From positions 96,001 through 160,000 of the IMG/VR virus record IMGVR_UViG_3300035696_001556: 64,000 nt of DNA; one strand, 5' to 3'. Origin of the DNA: a virus. The notes beneath the pieces are model-generated. The model made no database searches, had not been told where the DNA came from, and saw nothing but the letters and a program-made list of their open reading frames with translations. The position numbers were made by a program, and so were the translations under genes. Positions 12,301 to 21,200 of the stretch are shown here, piece by piece; within the stretch, counting starts at the first letter, position 1; the number at the start of each line of letters is the position of its first letter.

Positions 12301-13981
12301 AACAATAGACCACCCAGAAGAGACTAACAAATTAATAGATGTTATCAGGTCTATTAATGATAATGGCTTGTGCAACAAAAAGTTTTTTGCTAATTTGAGA
12401 TTTGGAAGACTTTATAATTCTGATTTTGAATACACTTATTTCCCGGATACAGCTATATGGGCAGGCGGCGATGGCTGGGTACAGCTCTATCCTCCTGCGG
12501 GATTGGATTATTTATATCTCGACAAAGACAGTGTACTTTCGATTTACTCTGAAGGTCCAAATTTTAATTACGAAGTAGATACTCCAGGTATTACCGGTTC
12601 ATACGATACCAATACAGTTTATAACTCAGACAACTTAACATTAAGTGCAAACACTAGAGCTTTTAGCTTGAACTATAATCCAAGTTATGACGTTACTTCG
12701 GCTAGTTATAGTGTAAACCAAACAAGAATAGAACTTATAAGTAATTACGATGTCGGAGTAACAGGACATACCTTTGTGCTTGATGTAAACTTCTCGACGG
12801 CAACAACGCTTAATGCAGTAATAGCTTCTATAAATGGAAGTGGATTTTTTACTGCTAACCTGTCCTGGATCGATGGAAATGCGACATCGTCTACTTTACT
12901 ATCAGTAGGATTGACAAACATCCCATCTAGTGGTGCTTATGTCAGAATGCTAGGGCAGGTTAGCTATACATTGAGTAGTAGTATTACGATATCAGATCTA
13001 GCTAGCGAAATAAATAATGATAGTCTAGGTACTGGTTTCTCGGTGGATACTACGACAGCTAACTATGCGGGATATCTAGGTATGAGATCAGATCTGCTTA
13101 TACCTACCAGTGGACTTGTACCGCTAATGGCTAATAGTATATGGGCAGATTTTAGAAATATTCAAGCAGTGTCTGTTTTAAACATGAGTCATACAACCCA
13201 GACAAACGGTACAGCAATCGGACCAGCAGGAGAGGCTTGTACAGTGACTTTGTCTGGAAATCAAATAACATTTACTAAATCTACTCTGTCTTTGACGAAA
13301 ACAAGTTCTGATTATATAGGGGATTATTACGAATACGATAATCTAAGCGATAGGAATATACAAGACTTTTTCAATGCAGCAATGAGCATAGATGGTTACT
13401 ATCTCAATAACAGTTCAGCCAATGCTGGCTTTGCATACAAAAATGGATCACTTAACATGGACATAGCTTTGCTTCCTATGCCAGGAATAAGCTACGGTAA
13501 ACTGAGGTTAAGAGACAAAAATGAAGCAGATCCAATTAAAGCCTCAAGCGTAGGTACCATATCTCTAAATGTTAACGATCCTGAGATTTTAAATACACAC
13601 GTATATTTAGGATTTTTAGGAGATATCAATTTTTATCAGATATCCGATTATGATTTGTGGAAGCAGTATGTTCTTGTAAAAAGAAGGTTGGGTATGTCTT
13701 GGGACCAAAGCTCCCCAGATTATTATGTGCCAGATAATTTGTATAGCTTCGGGAGTTATGAGTACACTTTGAATCTGGTTAAAAACGGTAAATTCTTATA
13801 CTATCTCAAGTATACTAGATTCAATGAACTGGCAACTAGCTTGAGCGAAGAAGACTTATATAATAACAAATACCTCTGGATATTTTTAAAAGCACACAGG
13901 GAGATAGGATGCGACTCAAAAGTGATAGCTCTTCAAAAAAAGATCAAGAGCGACAACCAGAAAGCCCTTCTGCTTCAGTAA
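3392..13981 (+). CDS. Giant (3529 aa) multidomain baseplate/tail structural protein
   Basis: SD AAGGA. T/S/Y/N-rich beta composition with recurring modules (EGxDYxIxYxxGxI; FxIxYxxP; TxxxLxxxIN). Lies within the baseplate operon. Confidence 0.8.
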   Translation: MSFEFFELQSIDLENTVVRNPRVGARNRPTSRTIDIGTTGPGATGVYTGERDVNVEYLLQGAVNGDVIKASSAIFDNPAVTPASLRARVITNVTGLNGLQPAETINYGDIIRADGDMAFYSITGMGSITGQESFGTVIFLSQDNTTATGVNSLQVRKIKLDSTHFEYIINPTGQNNFYYDEKNRDWGYSGTQGFTGCVIAASTVQSYFQGDPLTFQFYPSYCSTAPDVTSVDTTAIDPKQPYGLKVLDNKLAIDTPSIHLSPVPYPDDDENFRVYWGPQNNLELKTKDIDYTVNYTIDPDYTSAKPPYKDRNVAYVKFLNQLNDTTQVDSIGLGFQGVFNLHQDPSTSATKQPTAITNIYPNAKGLSIAGSNTEYIGEIVRVGEEVKQKNFDYNIEYDNGIINFIKHNSLELDVPNVLYNQKLIWDGISVIKGVGLTGLVSPDRSDCVLPYAVSGLTGIDGPVFFEDIDANDLIEGTDYIIEYTSGAIKLTKPLKGNECVLVSYFVEGEAVVNEPLNLSVLRTEKYPIIESSVTIKKTYSNISTLTNGINILVEGVDFSVSYLTGKITLLNPAIGENISSLQISYTPFAQVQCILQPVPSDDTNYRITILDDVMTTVDPFNLKFEIDNPTVSIPVVDPFGVSPTTYSSSIIPGSVFSVKAIGEPGYGFDNLTPDQMIAIGMTGLEIMGLATLLGKTDAEFYALGITGVISLGVTGIQYYDTTNYTYTDSTKYLQLDGTENASKPKPDINDIITASYTYVADVLPYTPVQIIYPVLDQDTNTILIEGFDKTDIIYSGMTFRIDNSDPQNTYYFIVSSVTYDGLNTLVTLTGSFSEEIRNPSFYLFDDIVEWYPLPTGSRVDSTATLGSDTVTIKGNALESLNLLRPKTLMMVDNTNIYEVMTTTVVDSETLNVKIFPNLMNEYPGNIQISEPIYQVGDTTVNSEYPIITDPPHPAFTIRYIAPVNAIYGFATIFIDADQITLAEIVDNQVFSYPPFVYSSFASIYDLAQAIQNTVNQTYQTNPFTLTSSDGVVQYYLGTGFWDADLVIPFDQDSPVVIPTEGYTITINQEVFRYIVIRTYKDATNFLVERKDLTVTTPPYFSAGQLLAFKSKSSGNTSFYQISGATSVFEQPPSGITGVVDTQVSFKDSFRENMIDPYIYKYDGVNWMPLSLVYIIDYVNSNITFNGTSDFFKVGALLNFNGGFIYRINSVSTVGATVTLNLTPAISSSLNNILSVSISDMPIYLNEITSQPYFVIDYTLPPDRSGEARVTINDSYLTITESLDGYPNMTAMVPLPYNKASNLDNLSQFGDYLARLSGVDIRGSIFVDTSAYDSIFIAGGKALKLVPTQQGPVSLSASIAVSYPIFQINYVAPTGNVDGDIYIPNDGSAVIQLSEWKKTDKSGTLVTYNVPYDGIPIVNIISMIRSVPSIIPGYNPWSVSNENYDSYYATNKPYYYNIIPFASQSHVASTSMPYSVQATQNPVSWYSVPILNRNVLTEGTDYSIDGTQVVLKNPIQVGERYEVSYLGVNDLAEYDGETIRCSCRYFSTVPAGYQISVYMDYLNPDQYYIQKLTERTFLEIVTVPQIQDILQQAGNSAGMGNSSGSDDTTQNYQGGLVDLYYQLKDEQIKQQIYLKVFQWYKQRLRNFAAEAQVTMGIEYGHSNHIGVNENGVFNMQDQYVEGNNYTLTKASDFDQLKNGFSKFFPINYTDSAPQKYPRFTNNYESYNEVFCYNVEYHDKNDSFISKEGRVLSANPYWADIPQAYGPDTGGVTGSSLDFDILPYTQTTSVIAGGTMYYVPYNEDEKLFKVTDDNYKFLRRISVGDSVQLYGFQNTYNIGAIENQSSVPNGAVAINYVVPIPGSTGVYTIPMTYDGPAPTKTTPNPSPGTQQIYGTYANTTGDAGVTSTYAAVGEDYPLGTPVVKNTVSGAIIGLSYKVAKTLVPFDRLILSNAYFTESGVPTFVVKPDSNGVYTYYYYTKDFPWENPQQHSWSLSDLEIQLPKDGQNLIVTRNQNSDYPVIFPAWDDEYNLGTKVVGSKIVDQKTGTDTIRKSFSFEDLFSLDDDDKLFTVYEGTYNDITGLWEVRNTITVNMKYLNFFDERSVSRVVDSIKYNVTGSKYLIPVPPFFVEISKIFEKKDNLGTDRLFYVSFEDYYDASLSGGYGQSIVMRTRDRNSWVQYEVTSTSTPPVAPEYGFSSPDIYTNFYYPNNLFLKLLVEKQVWLTELNIIKDLFDTNNKLKRAFEVNVQNAVTTTPGPSEFQAYLSQVSESSGINNIEAAISSYSEHLKFLLDRSDTVHPYLVDNTSGPLYRTMMESQPITIPIQNSYNQAEAANIAYTAFQGESNYYFSLNDYYYQKWQNEYEKWALSLEAGSVFQKDARDNYQSNYDINIGFNTFPAIKMSVIDQGSKAAFTISDAKYLVYYNILETADTSADEYDDATLLITYLVSGDTNYTFISFALQNYPTLQALVEDINARCNVNSQGVNLGVQFISASCVFNYYPYRNYSPLYILRTYRNVANNDSNGTDFSSGDGWTVLSTDPSIDDRIYVSNVLDHREYDARVFFLNRIGFKSDFLSIDGTNYNVFPYYLPGDANSGKDLLGDSKAGPISVSGRWATDAYGLTGAQSVDYTTELNVMTISPALPTDTFIRYEFLDYLNGPEQLPIQQTPRNPTYEKSQADLTNIGYDETTQSLVEAYPLITGPYTNFSPTGPDNSNYDTLMQWTSYAQGYTGSQAPQTEVIRDLQIELMSQDLTTPNKFNKIFFTFSLRQYSTINELVHALNTNRYTTVLNPDGITYTAQLATGASGSVYFSAALVGSPDIQGNMKTVDLVTNYVRQEIYVSNYTSYTLNYTYTDINGAIGVPTVIPNSVSVNKSFPIGWQLREQDSLSTNTQLNFRIDPKTYSPSYSYRFVPDKPDLARTNTFLSQKEDILAFDLYSWDTNAYYMIKNNVLYLKSDTVAQVQIPLYKTQSLDTTIDHPEETNKLIDVIRSINDNGLCNKKFFANLRFGRLYNSDFEYTYFPDTAIWAGGDGWVQLYPPAGLDYLYLDKDSVLSIYSEGPNFNYEVDTPGITGSYDTNTVYNSDNLTLSANTRAFSLNYNPSYDVTSASYSVNQTRIELISNYDVGVTGHTFVLDVNFSTATTLNAVIASINGSGFFTANLSWIDGNATSSTLLSVGLTNIPSSGAYVRMLGQVSYTLSSSITISDLASEINNDSLGTGFSVDTTTANYAGYLGMRSDLLIPTSGLVPLMANSIWADFRNIQAVSVLNMSHTTQTNGTAIGPAGEACTVTLSGNQITFTKSTLSLTKTSSDYIGDYYEYDNLSDRNIQDFFNAAMSIDGYYLNNSSANAGFAYKNGSLNMDIALLPMPGISYGKLRLRDKNEADPIKASSVGTISLNVNDPEILNTHVYLGFLGDINFYQISDYDLWKQYVLVKRRLGMSWDQSSPDYYVPDNLYSFGSYEYTLNLVKNGKFLYYLKYTRFNELATSLSEEDLYNNKYLWIFLKAHREIGCDSKVIALQKKIKSDNQKALLLQ

Positions 13982-14148
13982 AGCAGGGAGATTCCTGGGA
14001 ACTTATTGATATGTCTCAACAGAAAGACCAAGCAGGAAGGTTAATGCAGAACCTTTTTGGTGAAGCATTGGCAAAACTACAGTATATGATAATGAAAGAT
14101 AAAAAGAAATTTGACAAATTAGTTAAGGAAAAAAGACATGTCAATTAG
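13909..14148 (+). CDS. Small hypothetical protein overlapping the end of the giant gene in the -1 frame
   Basis: Fills the gap between 13981 and 14138. AGGGAG lies just upstream of ATG 13909; an alternative ATG is at 14011. See the frameshift finding. Confidence 0.55.
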   Translation: MRLKSDSSSKKDQERQPESPSASVKQGDSWELIDMSQQKDQAGRLMQNLFGEALAKLQYMIMKDKKKFDKLVKEKRHVN

Positions 14149-15970
14149 ACCTTCAATAATTTTTTCCACCATCAAGCCAAGCTTGAGCGGCGGCTATCAA
14201 AATATAGGACTAGTAGATCCTGTTGTGCCTCCGTCTAATGTTTCTAATCTAGGTTTACCTATAACACCGGCCCCTAGCCAAGGACCTGGAGGAGAGACTT
14301 GGAAGGAATTTTCTATAAATCTATCGTTGGGGGATGTTATATCTCCAGCTGATTTAAACAATTTCAACCAATTGCTGAAGAACATAAACTCTGTAGCTCA
14401 GGGTTTGGTAGCAATAATTAAAATAATCAGACTGTTAACTTCTGATCTTCTTTCTTTAAACAGAGCTTTTAAGTTTGTAATACAGCTGATAGTGACCCAG
14501 TTGAAATCTTTAATTCAGACTTTCTTGTCAACAGGTATATATGTGTCCGTGATACAACCAAGGCAAAGCCCACACGAGAAAGGATACTTCTTTCCTACAT
14601 GGGCGGATTTCAATGAATTTAAAACGGTTCTTGTTTCTGCTTGTACGAATCCTGGTAATATAGGATCTCCTGCACAACTGGGGCCTAATGCAACTGTAGG
14701 GGGTTTTATTATAGGAGCAACTGCAGGATCTAATGATCTTGGGGTGATAGATCAGGTAATTGAAAATTTCAAAATTATAGGCAATCTTTTTGGATTCAAA
14801 ACACCGTTTCCTGGTCCTCCAAAAAATGCTAAAGCTGTAGGAGGCCTTTTCGATACTAAACTAGGGATACAGCTGACTTGGGACAAGCCAGATTCTTTTA
14901 TTTTTGGTGGTTTTAGGGTGTATAGATGTATGAATAAAGAGGGAACGTTCCCTTCAAGTTCGGATATGGATTTGATTATAGCTAATACGCCTACAGCCAG
15001 TAATCCTAATCAATTAAGGGATTTTCAGACTATAAAAATGTTTGACAATGATGCAAGCGGCGGCACTCCATTTAACTCAGGGAAACCCTTATTTGTTCCG
15101 GTCTCATTGACGTCGGAAAGTTATTCGATAATAGATTATGATGTGGTGCAGGGAACAACCTATTACTATAGAATATTTACTGTAATAGAGAATTCTGGTC
15201 TTGCGAACGATCCTTACATGTTTCGTTTGGGTAGTCCTATGTCTTCAAACGAGGCATCTGCCACTGCTGCGGGATGTATACCTGTTTCTGAGATACCAAC
15301 TGGGATCCTTACGACAGGAGGATCGTGGGTTAATGAAAAGGATTTAATGCTTGAATGGACATATGTGAACCTTAATAGATTTTTTGGTTCGCAGGTCGAT
15401 CAACTTCTTAAAGTGATAGATAACTTTGCAGACAAGCTCATCGGATTTGTTAGTACCGGATCGGATGCTATCGACGAATTTTTGGATTTTTTCAGTGGGA
15501 AAATAAATGATTACATCAATATAGTCCAGACCATAACAAATGTCGTGAACATATTAATGAATTTCAGGATGCAGGGGTCATTATTATTCCTTGATTTGAC
15601 CAATACGCAACCGGGGGGTATCACAAACTTTGCAGATAGGATTGCACATGCTGGAGTTCAGTCCAGCACTTTCGGAACTATCCCGCCAAGTGCAAGTACA
15701 GTTTTAGCTAATAGCGGTATAACGAACACTAATGCAGGGCCTTTAACCAAACAAATGAGTGACAGTATAGGTCAGTCTCTGGATGCTTTAAAAGGGATTT
15801 ATGTTGGTGTCATGGTAGTCTTCGGAACTGTTGATCCAACAGACAAACAAACTCTAAATACTATAACAGCTCCGTATTTGGAAGAATATAATGATGTTCA
15901 GCAGCAACTTTCTGGAACCCAAGACTCCATAAATATGCTTGTAAAGATACTGTTAGGGAAGGGGACTTAA
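14138..15970 (+). CDS. Virion structural protein with central FN3-like domain
   Basis: PGPPKNAKA...IQLTWDKP...FRVYR...GTTYYYRIFTV pattern between helical segments. Confidence 0.6.
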   Translation: MSIRPSIIFSTIKPSLSGGYQNIGLVDPVVPPSNVSNLGLPITPAPSQGPGGETWKEFSINLSLGDVISPADLNNFNQLLKNINSVAQGLVAIIKIIRLLTSDLLSLNRAFKFVIQLIVTQLKSLIQTFLSTGIYVSVIQPRQSPHEKGYFFPTWADFNEFKTVLVSACTNPGNIGSPAQLGPNATVGGFIIGATAGSNDLGVIDQVIENFKIIGNLFGFKTPFPGPPKNAKAVGGLFDTKLGIQLTWDKPDSFIFGGFRVYRCMNKEGTFPSSSDMDLIIANTPTASNPNQLRDFQTIKMFDNDASGGTPFNSGKPLFVPVSLTSESYSIIDYDVVQGTTYYYRIFTVIENSGLANDPYMFRLGSPMSSNEASATAAGCIPVSEIPTGILTTGGSWVNEKDLMLEWTYVNLNRFFGSQVDQLLKVIDNFADKLIGFVSTGSDAIDEFLDFFSGKINDYINIVQTITNVVNILMNFRMQGSLLFLDLTNTQPGGITNFADRIAHAGVQSSTFGTIPPSASTVLANSGITNTNAGPLTKQMSDSIGQSLDALKGIYVGVMVVFGTVDPTDKQTLNTITAPYLEEYNDVQQQLSGTQDSINMLVKILLGKGT

Positions 15971-15971
15971 A

Positions 15972-16478
15972 ATGGGTGTTTTACGTGGAAACATATCTCA
16001 GTACTATAATAAGGATAATCCTTCTGAAATACAGGATTTATACTCCATTATAAAAAATACTGAGGATTACAGATCTAAAAAAGTCACAGACTTGAAAAAT
16101 GAGCACTCTCTTATAATGAGAAGAATAACCAGACTTACGCAACAGAAAGAAGCATACATAAGAATGTCAGGTGTGCTGTCTAGTGCTGACGTTCCGGATA
16201 ACATATCTGCCGTTTTCTATAATGATGATTTTGATACAGGAGATTCTGAGCTCAGCCAAAGCGAAGATATCAATAAAGTAATCTTATTGAGAAGGCCTGC
16301 GGATCCGGTTCTTACATATACCAGGGACACTATGCGTAAAAATATCCCTGAGATAGAGATAAAAATACGGGACTATGATTATCAGTTGATGAGATTGTCT
16401 TTATTGGAAGAGAAGATAACATACTGGATATCCAATATCCTTAAAAGTGAAACGACAGCTCAACAGGCGGCAATCTAA
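15972..16478 (+). CDS. Hypothetical coiled-coil protein in virion operon
   Basis: Tightly coupled ORF (1-2 nt gaps); heptad-like helices. Confidence 0.6.
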   Translation: MGVLRGNISQYYNKDNPSEIQDLYSIIKNTEDYRSKKVTDLKNEHSLIMRRITRLTQQKEAYIRMSGVLSSADVPDNISAVFYNDDFDTGDSELSQSEDINKVILLRRPADPVLTYTRDTMRKNIPEIEIKIRDYDYQLMRLSLLEEKITYWISNILKSETTAQQAAI

Positions 16479-16480
16479 AC

Positions 16481-17521
16481 ATGGCTACTTTTTTAGATCA
16501 ATACAATCTTTTAGTTGGCATGTATCACGGATGCCACAATATTATTAAAGATTTAGATAACTTTCTAAATTTCCTTAATAAGTTGGTGGATCCAAATACT
16601 GTTGTGCCAGATTATGAGAGTCCAACCATATTCATAAAAAATCTTGACGTGTATAGAACAAGGGAGACATTACGTACGGATATAGGAAATTATTTGATTA
16701 CCTATGGAGATAACCTGTCTTCTTCGTATTCCGACGCATTAGGATACTTGACTGAAATGAGAAATTATCTCGATGTTCTAGTTAAGGTTCCATACATACA
16801 AGATTTAATGCCTTTCAAAGCTATTTTTTCTCAAAAACAGTATGATGCAAAATTGATGACTAGTTTGAGAGATCCACTGATGCAAAGTATCCGAGTTCTT
16901 TCGCAATCTAATACTTCTACAAGTAAAAGTGGGGTGGCAGTTAAGCCTACTAATGTTGATACTACCAACGCCCCAGCTTCTGCTTTAATGGCAGTAGTTA
17001 ATAGTCATGTAAATAACCCTGCAGCAGCAGTCGCATTGGATCCTATAAAAAATACGGACATCCAGGCAGATGAAAAAGATATCATTGCTTCTAAAGCTCA
17101 GCAGGCGATTCAGCAAAAGAACGTTCAAGCAAATCTAGCTGATCCTACCTATGTAGGAAACTTGGTCAACACAGTTGATACAAAGAATCCTAGCTGGATT
17201 AAAACAGTCGCTGGAGCTCCAAATAGTATCAATAGTTTTGTTACTGATGCTATGGGAAGATATGTAACCAGGAATCTGGTTCTGTTCGACAGTCTGTTTG
17301 TAACGACTCCTACACAGACTCAAGATGACACCTCAGCAGCTCTAAGAGAGCAGACTAGAAAAAAATATGGAGGAGGTAATTTAGGCTTTTGTGATGAAGT
17401 ACCGGATGCCAAGAATCCAGGCCAATGGATTTTGAAAAAAAAGGCAGTTTCTCAGCAAGCTTTAGTAGCCAACCGTAACGCTTTGGCTTTAAAGATTTTA
17501 CAGTCTAATCCAAACACCTAA
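16481..17521 (+). CDS. Hypothetical virion-operon protein
   Basis: 346-aa ORF coupled to its neighbours; no recognisable motif. Confidence 0.6.
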   Translation: MATFLDQYNLLVGMYHGCHNIIKDLDNFLNFLNKLVDPNTVVPDYESPTIFIKNLDVYRTRETLRTDIGNYLITYGDNLSSSYSDALGYLTEMRNYLDVLVKVPYIQDLMPFKAIFSQKQYDAKLMTSLRDPLMQSIRVLSQSNTSTSKSGVAVKPTNVDTTNAPASALMAVVNSHVNNPAAAVALDPIKNTDIQADEKDIIASKAQQAIQQKNVQANLADPTYVGNLVNTVDTKNPSWIKTVAGAPNSINSFVTDAMGRYVTRNLVLFDSLFVTTPTQTQDDTSAALREQTRKKYGGGNLGFCDEVPDAKNPGQWILKKKAVSQQALVANRNALALKILQSNPNT

Positions 17522-17528
17522 AAATAAG

Positions 17529-17536
17529 CTATTAAT
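17529..17536 (+). promoter_or_regulatory. Putative late-promoter motif CTATTAAT
   Basis: Same 8-mer recurs in short intergenic gaps before structural genes (30574, 58374; variants at 38087 and 33665). Confidence 0.5.
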
Positions 17537-17550
17537 ATTTTAATCTTTTT

Positions 17551-18285
17551 ATGTCTATAGATTTCAGAATACAAAATAAATGCGACCATGTTATCAACTG
17601 GGAGAGAATTTCTCTCCAAGCTGACAGACGCTCTTTGGCTCCGACGTTCCCTTTAGGATCCACAGTGTCTCTGTCTGTGAGAATAAATGACGTAGTAATA
17701 AGTCCGAGTAATTACAATATAGCTCTGAACAATGACCAAACTTTGTCTCCTACTTCGACCGTTATGCTTAAAAAGAAGTGTCCGCTCTACTATCCTATAG
17801 TGGAGTTACAGTATGTGACATTAAAAGCATTCTGTCCAAAGTGTTGGGGAACAACTGTACTGGATGATTTCGTTTATGGACCAAGTAAAGATGTGGTAAC
17901 CGTTCAAGATGAATTTCTGTTAATACAGACTTTTGAAAAACTCATAATTACAAGAATAAACAGCAATCCATATTACAGCTGGATAGGAACATCGATCCAT
18001 AAGCTGATAGGTAAAAAGATTACAGATATAGATTATTTCACAACAAAAATTTCTGAAGATGTTAAAAAGTGTGTAGATGATATTAAGAAAATAGAAGCAC
18101 AATATGTGAGCACCGGAAGATCCGTTAGTGCTGGAGAATTGTTTGGTAATCTCTTAGAAGTTGACGTAACTCAAAGTACGACAGATCCAACCATGCTGAA
18201 CGTTTTGGTTAAATATACTGCTCAAAGTGGAAAAGCAGTAGAATATCAGCAACTTGTACAACTTTCGAAATTGAGACAGAGATAA
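17551..18285 (+). CDS. gp25-like baseplate wedge/sheath-initiation protein with CxxC
   Basis: C-terminal gp25-like pattern (LIQTFEKLIITRINSNPYYSWIGTSI...VDVTQ...DPTMLNVLVKY); CPKC motif; immediately upstream of baseplate J. Confidence 0.7.
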   Translation: MSIDFRIQNKCDHVINWERISLQADRRSLAPTFPLGSTVSLSVRINDVVISPSNYNIALNNDQTLSPTSTVMLKKKCPLYYPIVELQYVTLKAFCPKCWGTTVLDDFVYGPSKDVVTVQDEFLLIQTFEKLIITRINSNPYYSWIGTSIHKLIGKKITDIDYFTTKISEDVKKCVDDIKKIEAQYVSTGRSVSAGELFGNLLEVDVTQSTTDPTMLNVLVKYTAQSGKAVEYQQLVQLSKLRQR

Positions 18286-18294
18286 GAGGTAGAC

Positions 18295-21200
18295 ATGTCA
18301 TACACAGGTCAACTAGGTCAGCTTCAATCGCCCACAATAGTATCTCCTATGACGAATTGGGTTCCTCAAGGAGAAACAGGTGCGAACTATGAATATTATT
18401 CTAGCAGCCTGACTCAACAGATATTAGGATCTCTTCCGGTACCACTGAGTGTACCAAACAACGTCTCGTTGGCGGTATTGTATAGCTATACTATCACCAG
18501 GAACGGTTCCATCTCCATTCCTACTCCTTATAGTCAAGTTGGTACTACCACTGGTGCCACCAATCCTGCATTGGAAGATGTACCTTGGTCTTTCAACACG
18601 GTAAGCTATGGAACTGTTCCTATTACCTATTACATTACACTATTAGAAGGAGATATACTTACAATATCTTTTATATCCAGAGATCTTTCTGGTCAGTATT
18701 TAGACAGTAATCCTTCTGAGGTTGTAGTTAATATAGTCAGTATAAATGAAATCAATACTTCTGCTAGTATCCCTTCAGGTATCCAATTGAAATTATTTAA
18801 AGACAATATGAAAATACTTATACCAAAAAGTAGTCTTTTAGTAAGTTCAAATAGTGATTTCCTTGGGTGTAACTTCTATATAAGCTTGAGCCCTGGTGGT
18901 GGTACAAACGGATACCAGTTAATGAATGACACTTATGTGAGTACCACGGATGACTCAGAACTTGTAGAAACTATCGTGACCCTCTCTGATGTGACCAGTG
19001 AAGCCGACAGTACCACCACTGAAACCAAACAGACTCAACAGGTGCCAACAGAGTATTACACTTTTTCCGTTAATAAAACAGTCCTGACAAATCTTGTTAA
19101 TGATGGTGTGATAAGCAACGTCTTTTTGTCGGATAATGTTTCTATAAATCAAGACATAGTTTTTTACTATGTCACAACTTCTGCAGCATACGATAGAACC
19201 TTAAATACCGCTGTAGAAAGTTCTTATTCTCTGGAATTGAATGGAAAGTTTTTACAATATAGCACAGATTTCACAGGTCTTCCTTCTCGTACAAGACAAG
19301 ACATTTTGTTAAGCGTGGTACAAAGATTGACAACAAACAATAACTTGGTTAATGTAGTTACAGGTCAAGTTATAAGAGATGTCATCGATCCTGTGACGGA
19401 TATGTTTTCAAAATTTTATGTTATAGAAGACTTTGTTTTCAGATGCAACTCTATTGACTGTCTGCTCTATTTTGATGATACAAATGGAGATGGTATCAGT
19501 GATCCGGTCGCTACCAGTCCACTGAAAACAGCCTTAGCAGATGCTTTGGGGATAACAGATTATACTGTTCTGCAATCTTTAATAGATCAGCAGTTTGATA
19601 AACAGGGTGCTAATTTTGAGATGGCAAGAAAAGCAGCCACGAATTCCCAGGGAAGCGTTGTGATTTTCACTACTAAAAAACCAGTTAGTGATTTGTCCAT
19701 ACCAGACGGTACTGTAGTTACCTATCCTGGAGACTTGAATTTAAACATACAGCCGCAAACTTATACGGTCATCGGTGATCATACCATGGAAGCAGCCACG
19801 ATAACTAATTATTATAATCCTAGTAAACAGAGATATGAGCTGCCAGCTTCTATTACGGCTGTTACTGCAGGGTCTATTGGAAATGTCCCTTCGGGATCAA
19901 TAACGATAATAACTGGTGTAGATTCCTCTCTTTCTGTGGAAAATGATGTACCTACTGATTACGGTACTGATTTGGAGATAAACAGTAGCTACGGTGCTCG
20001 TATAAAGATGGCACGTCCATCTTTCGACGCTGGAACAAAACCTGGATACACCGCTACGACATATGGAGTCCCAGGAGTACAGGAAGCAATAATCCAAGCA
20101 GCTGGCGATCCATTGATGATAAGAGACTATGATCCAACTACTGGACAGCATATCGGGGGAAAAGTTGATATTTATGTCAGGGGAACAAATGAGACTCAGA
20201 TTATAGATCAAGTAGCTTTTAAATTTGATTATCCTACTGATGTTCTCGGGAACAAAATAGGTGAAATATTCTATGTTACAGACGCATCGGAATTCAGGAT
20301 TAAGACGACGAATTCTAAAGTAACGGCTACCAGTCCAATCGTTATCGTAAGTAGAGTTCACAATACTACCAGAAATGCAGACTATGATTTGTCTGATCTG
20401 GTTATAGCAACCGATACTTTGCTTTTAAGCACTACAAGTCCTCGGAATGTAAGCATAGGCATGGCTACCTTGGATGTGATAGAGGTCGATTATGAATATA
20501 TGAGTTCCAATGTATTACCTTTGGAAAATCAACCTGTCATAGAGCTTATCTCTGTGTCAGACAGTGGTGGTAATACAATAGATCCTTCTCTATATCAGAT
20601 AGTGAAATCAGAAGATCCTTTGAAGACGGGTAATTCCTCAATATCCACCGATGGTATAGAGTTCCTGTTTAGTTCAGCCGATCAGCTCGCAGAAGCCATA
20701 ACACTTACAAATGAACAACACGTCATACGGGTAAACTTACCGGCACAGTTAAACTATAAAGGAGTTATACTCAACACAATAGTCGTGCAATCTCAGGATT
20801 TATCGACAACATACAAGAACAATATCGACTATACCATAACTTTGGGAAATCAAACAGAATTTACATATATAAATATCAAGCCAAACGGCATGATACGTTC
20901 TGGATTTACGGTTTCTGTGAGCTATGAAGCAAGTCAGAACTTCTTTGTAGCATACACCTATGATAGTCTCATAAACCAAGTACAGACGCAGATAAATAAT
21001 ATGAAGCATGCATGTGCTGATGTGATTGTTAAAGAAGCAGTAGAAAATATGGTTGATTTAAGTTTTACTGTGACCAGGGATTTAAGTGTGGCGACAACTA
21101 ACAACGGTACTCAGACAGATGATGAGATGGCTCTAATATCTCGTATACAAACTGCAGTCTTCAATGCAGTAGCTGGGCTACAAATGGGGCAGACTTTAAA

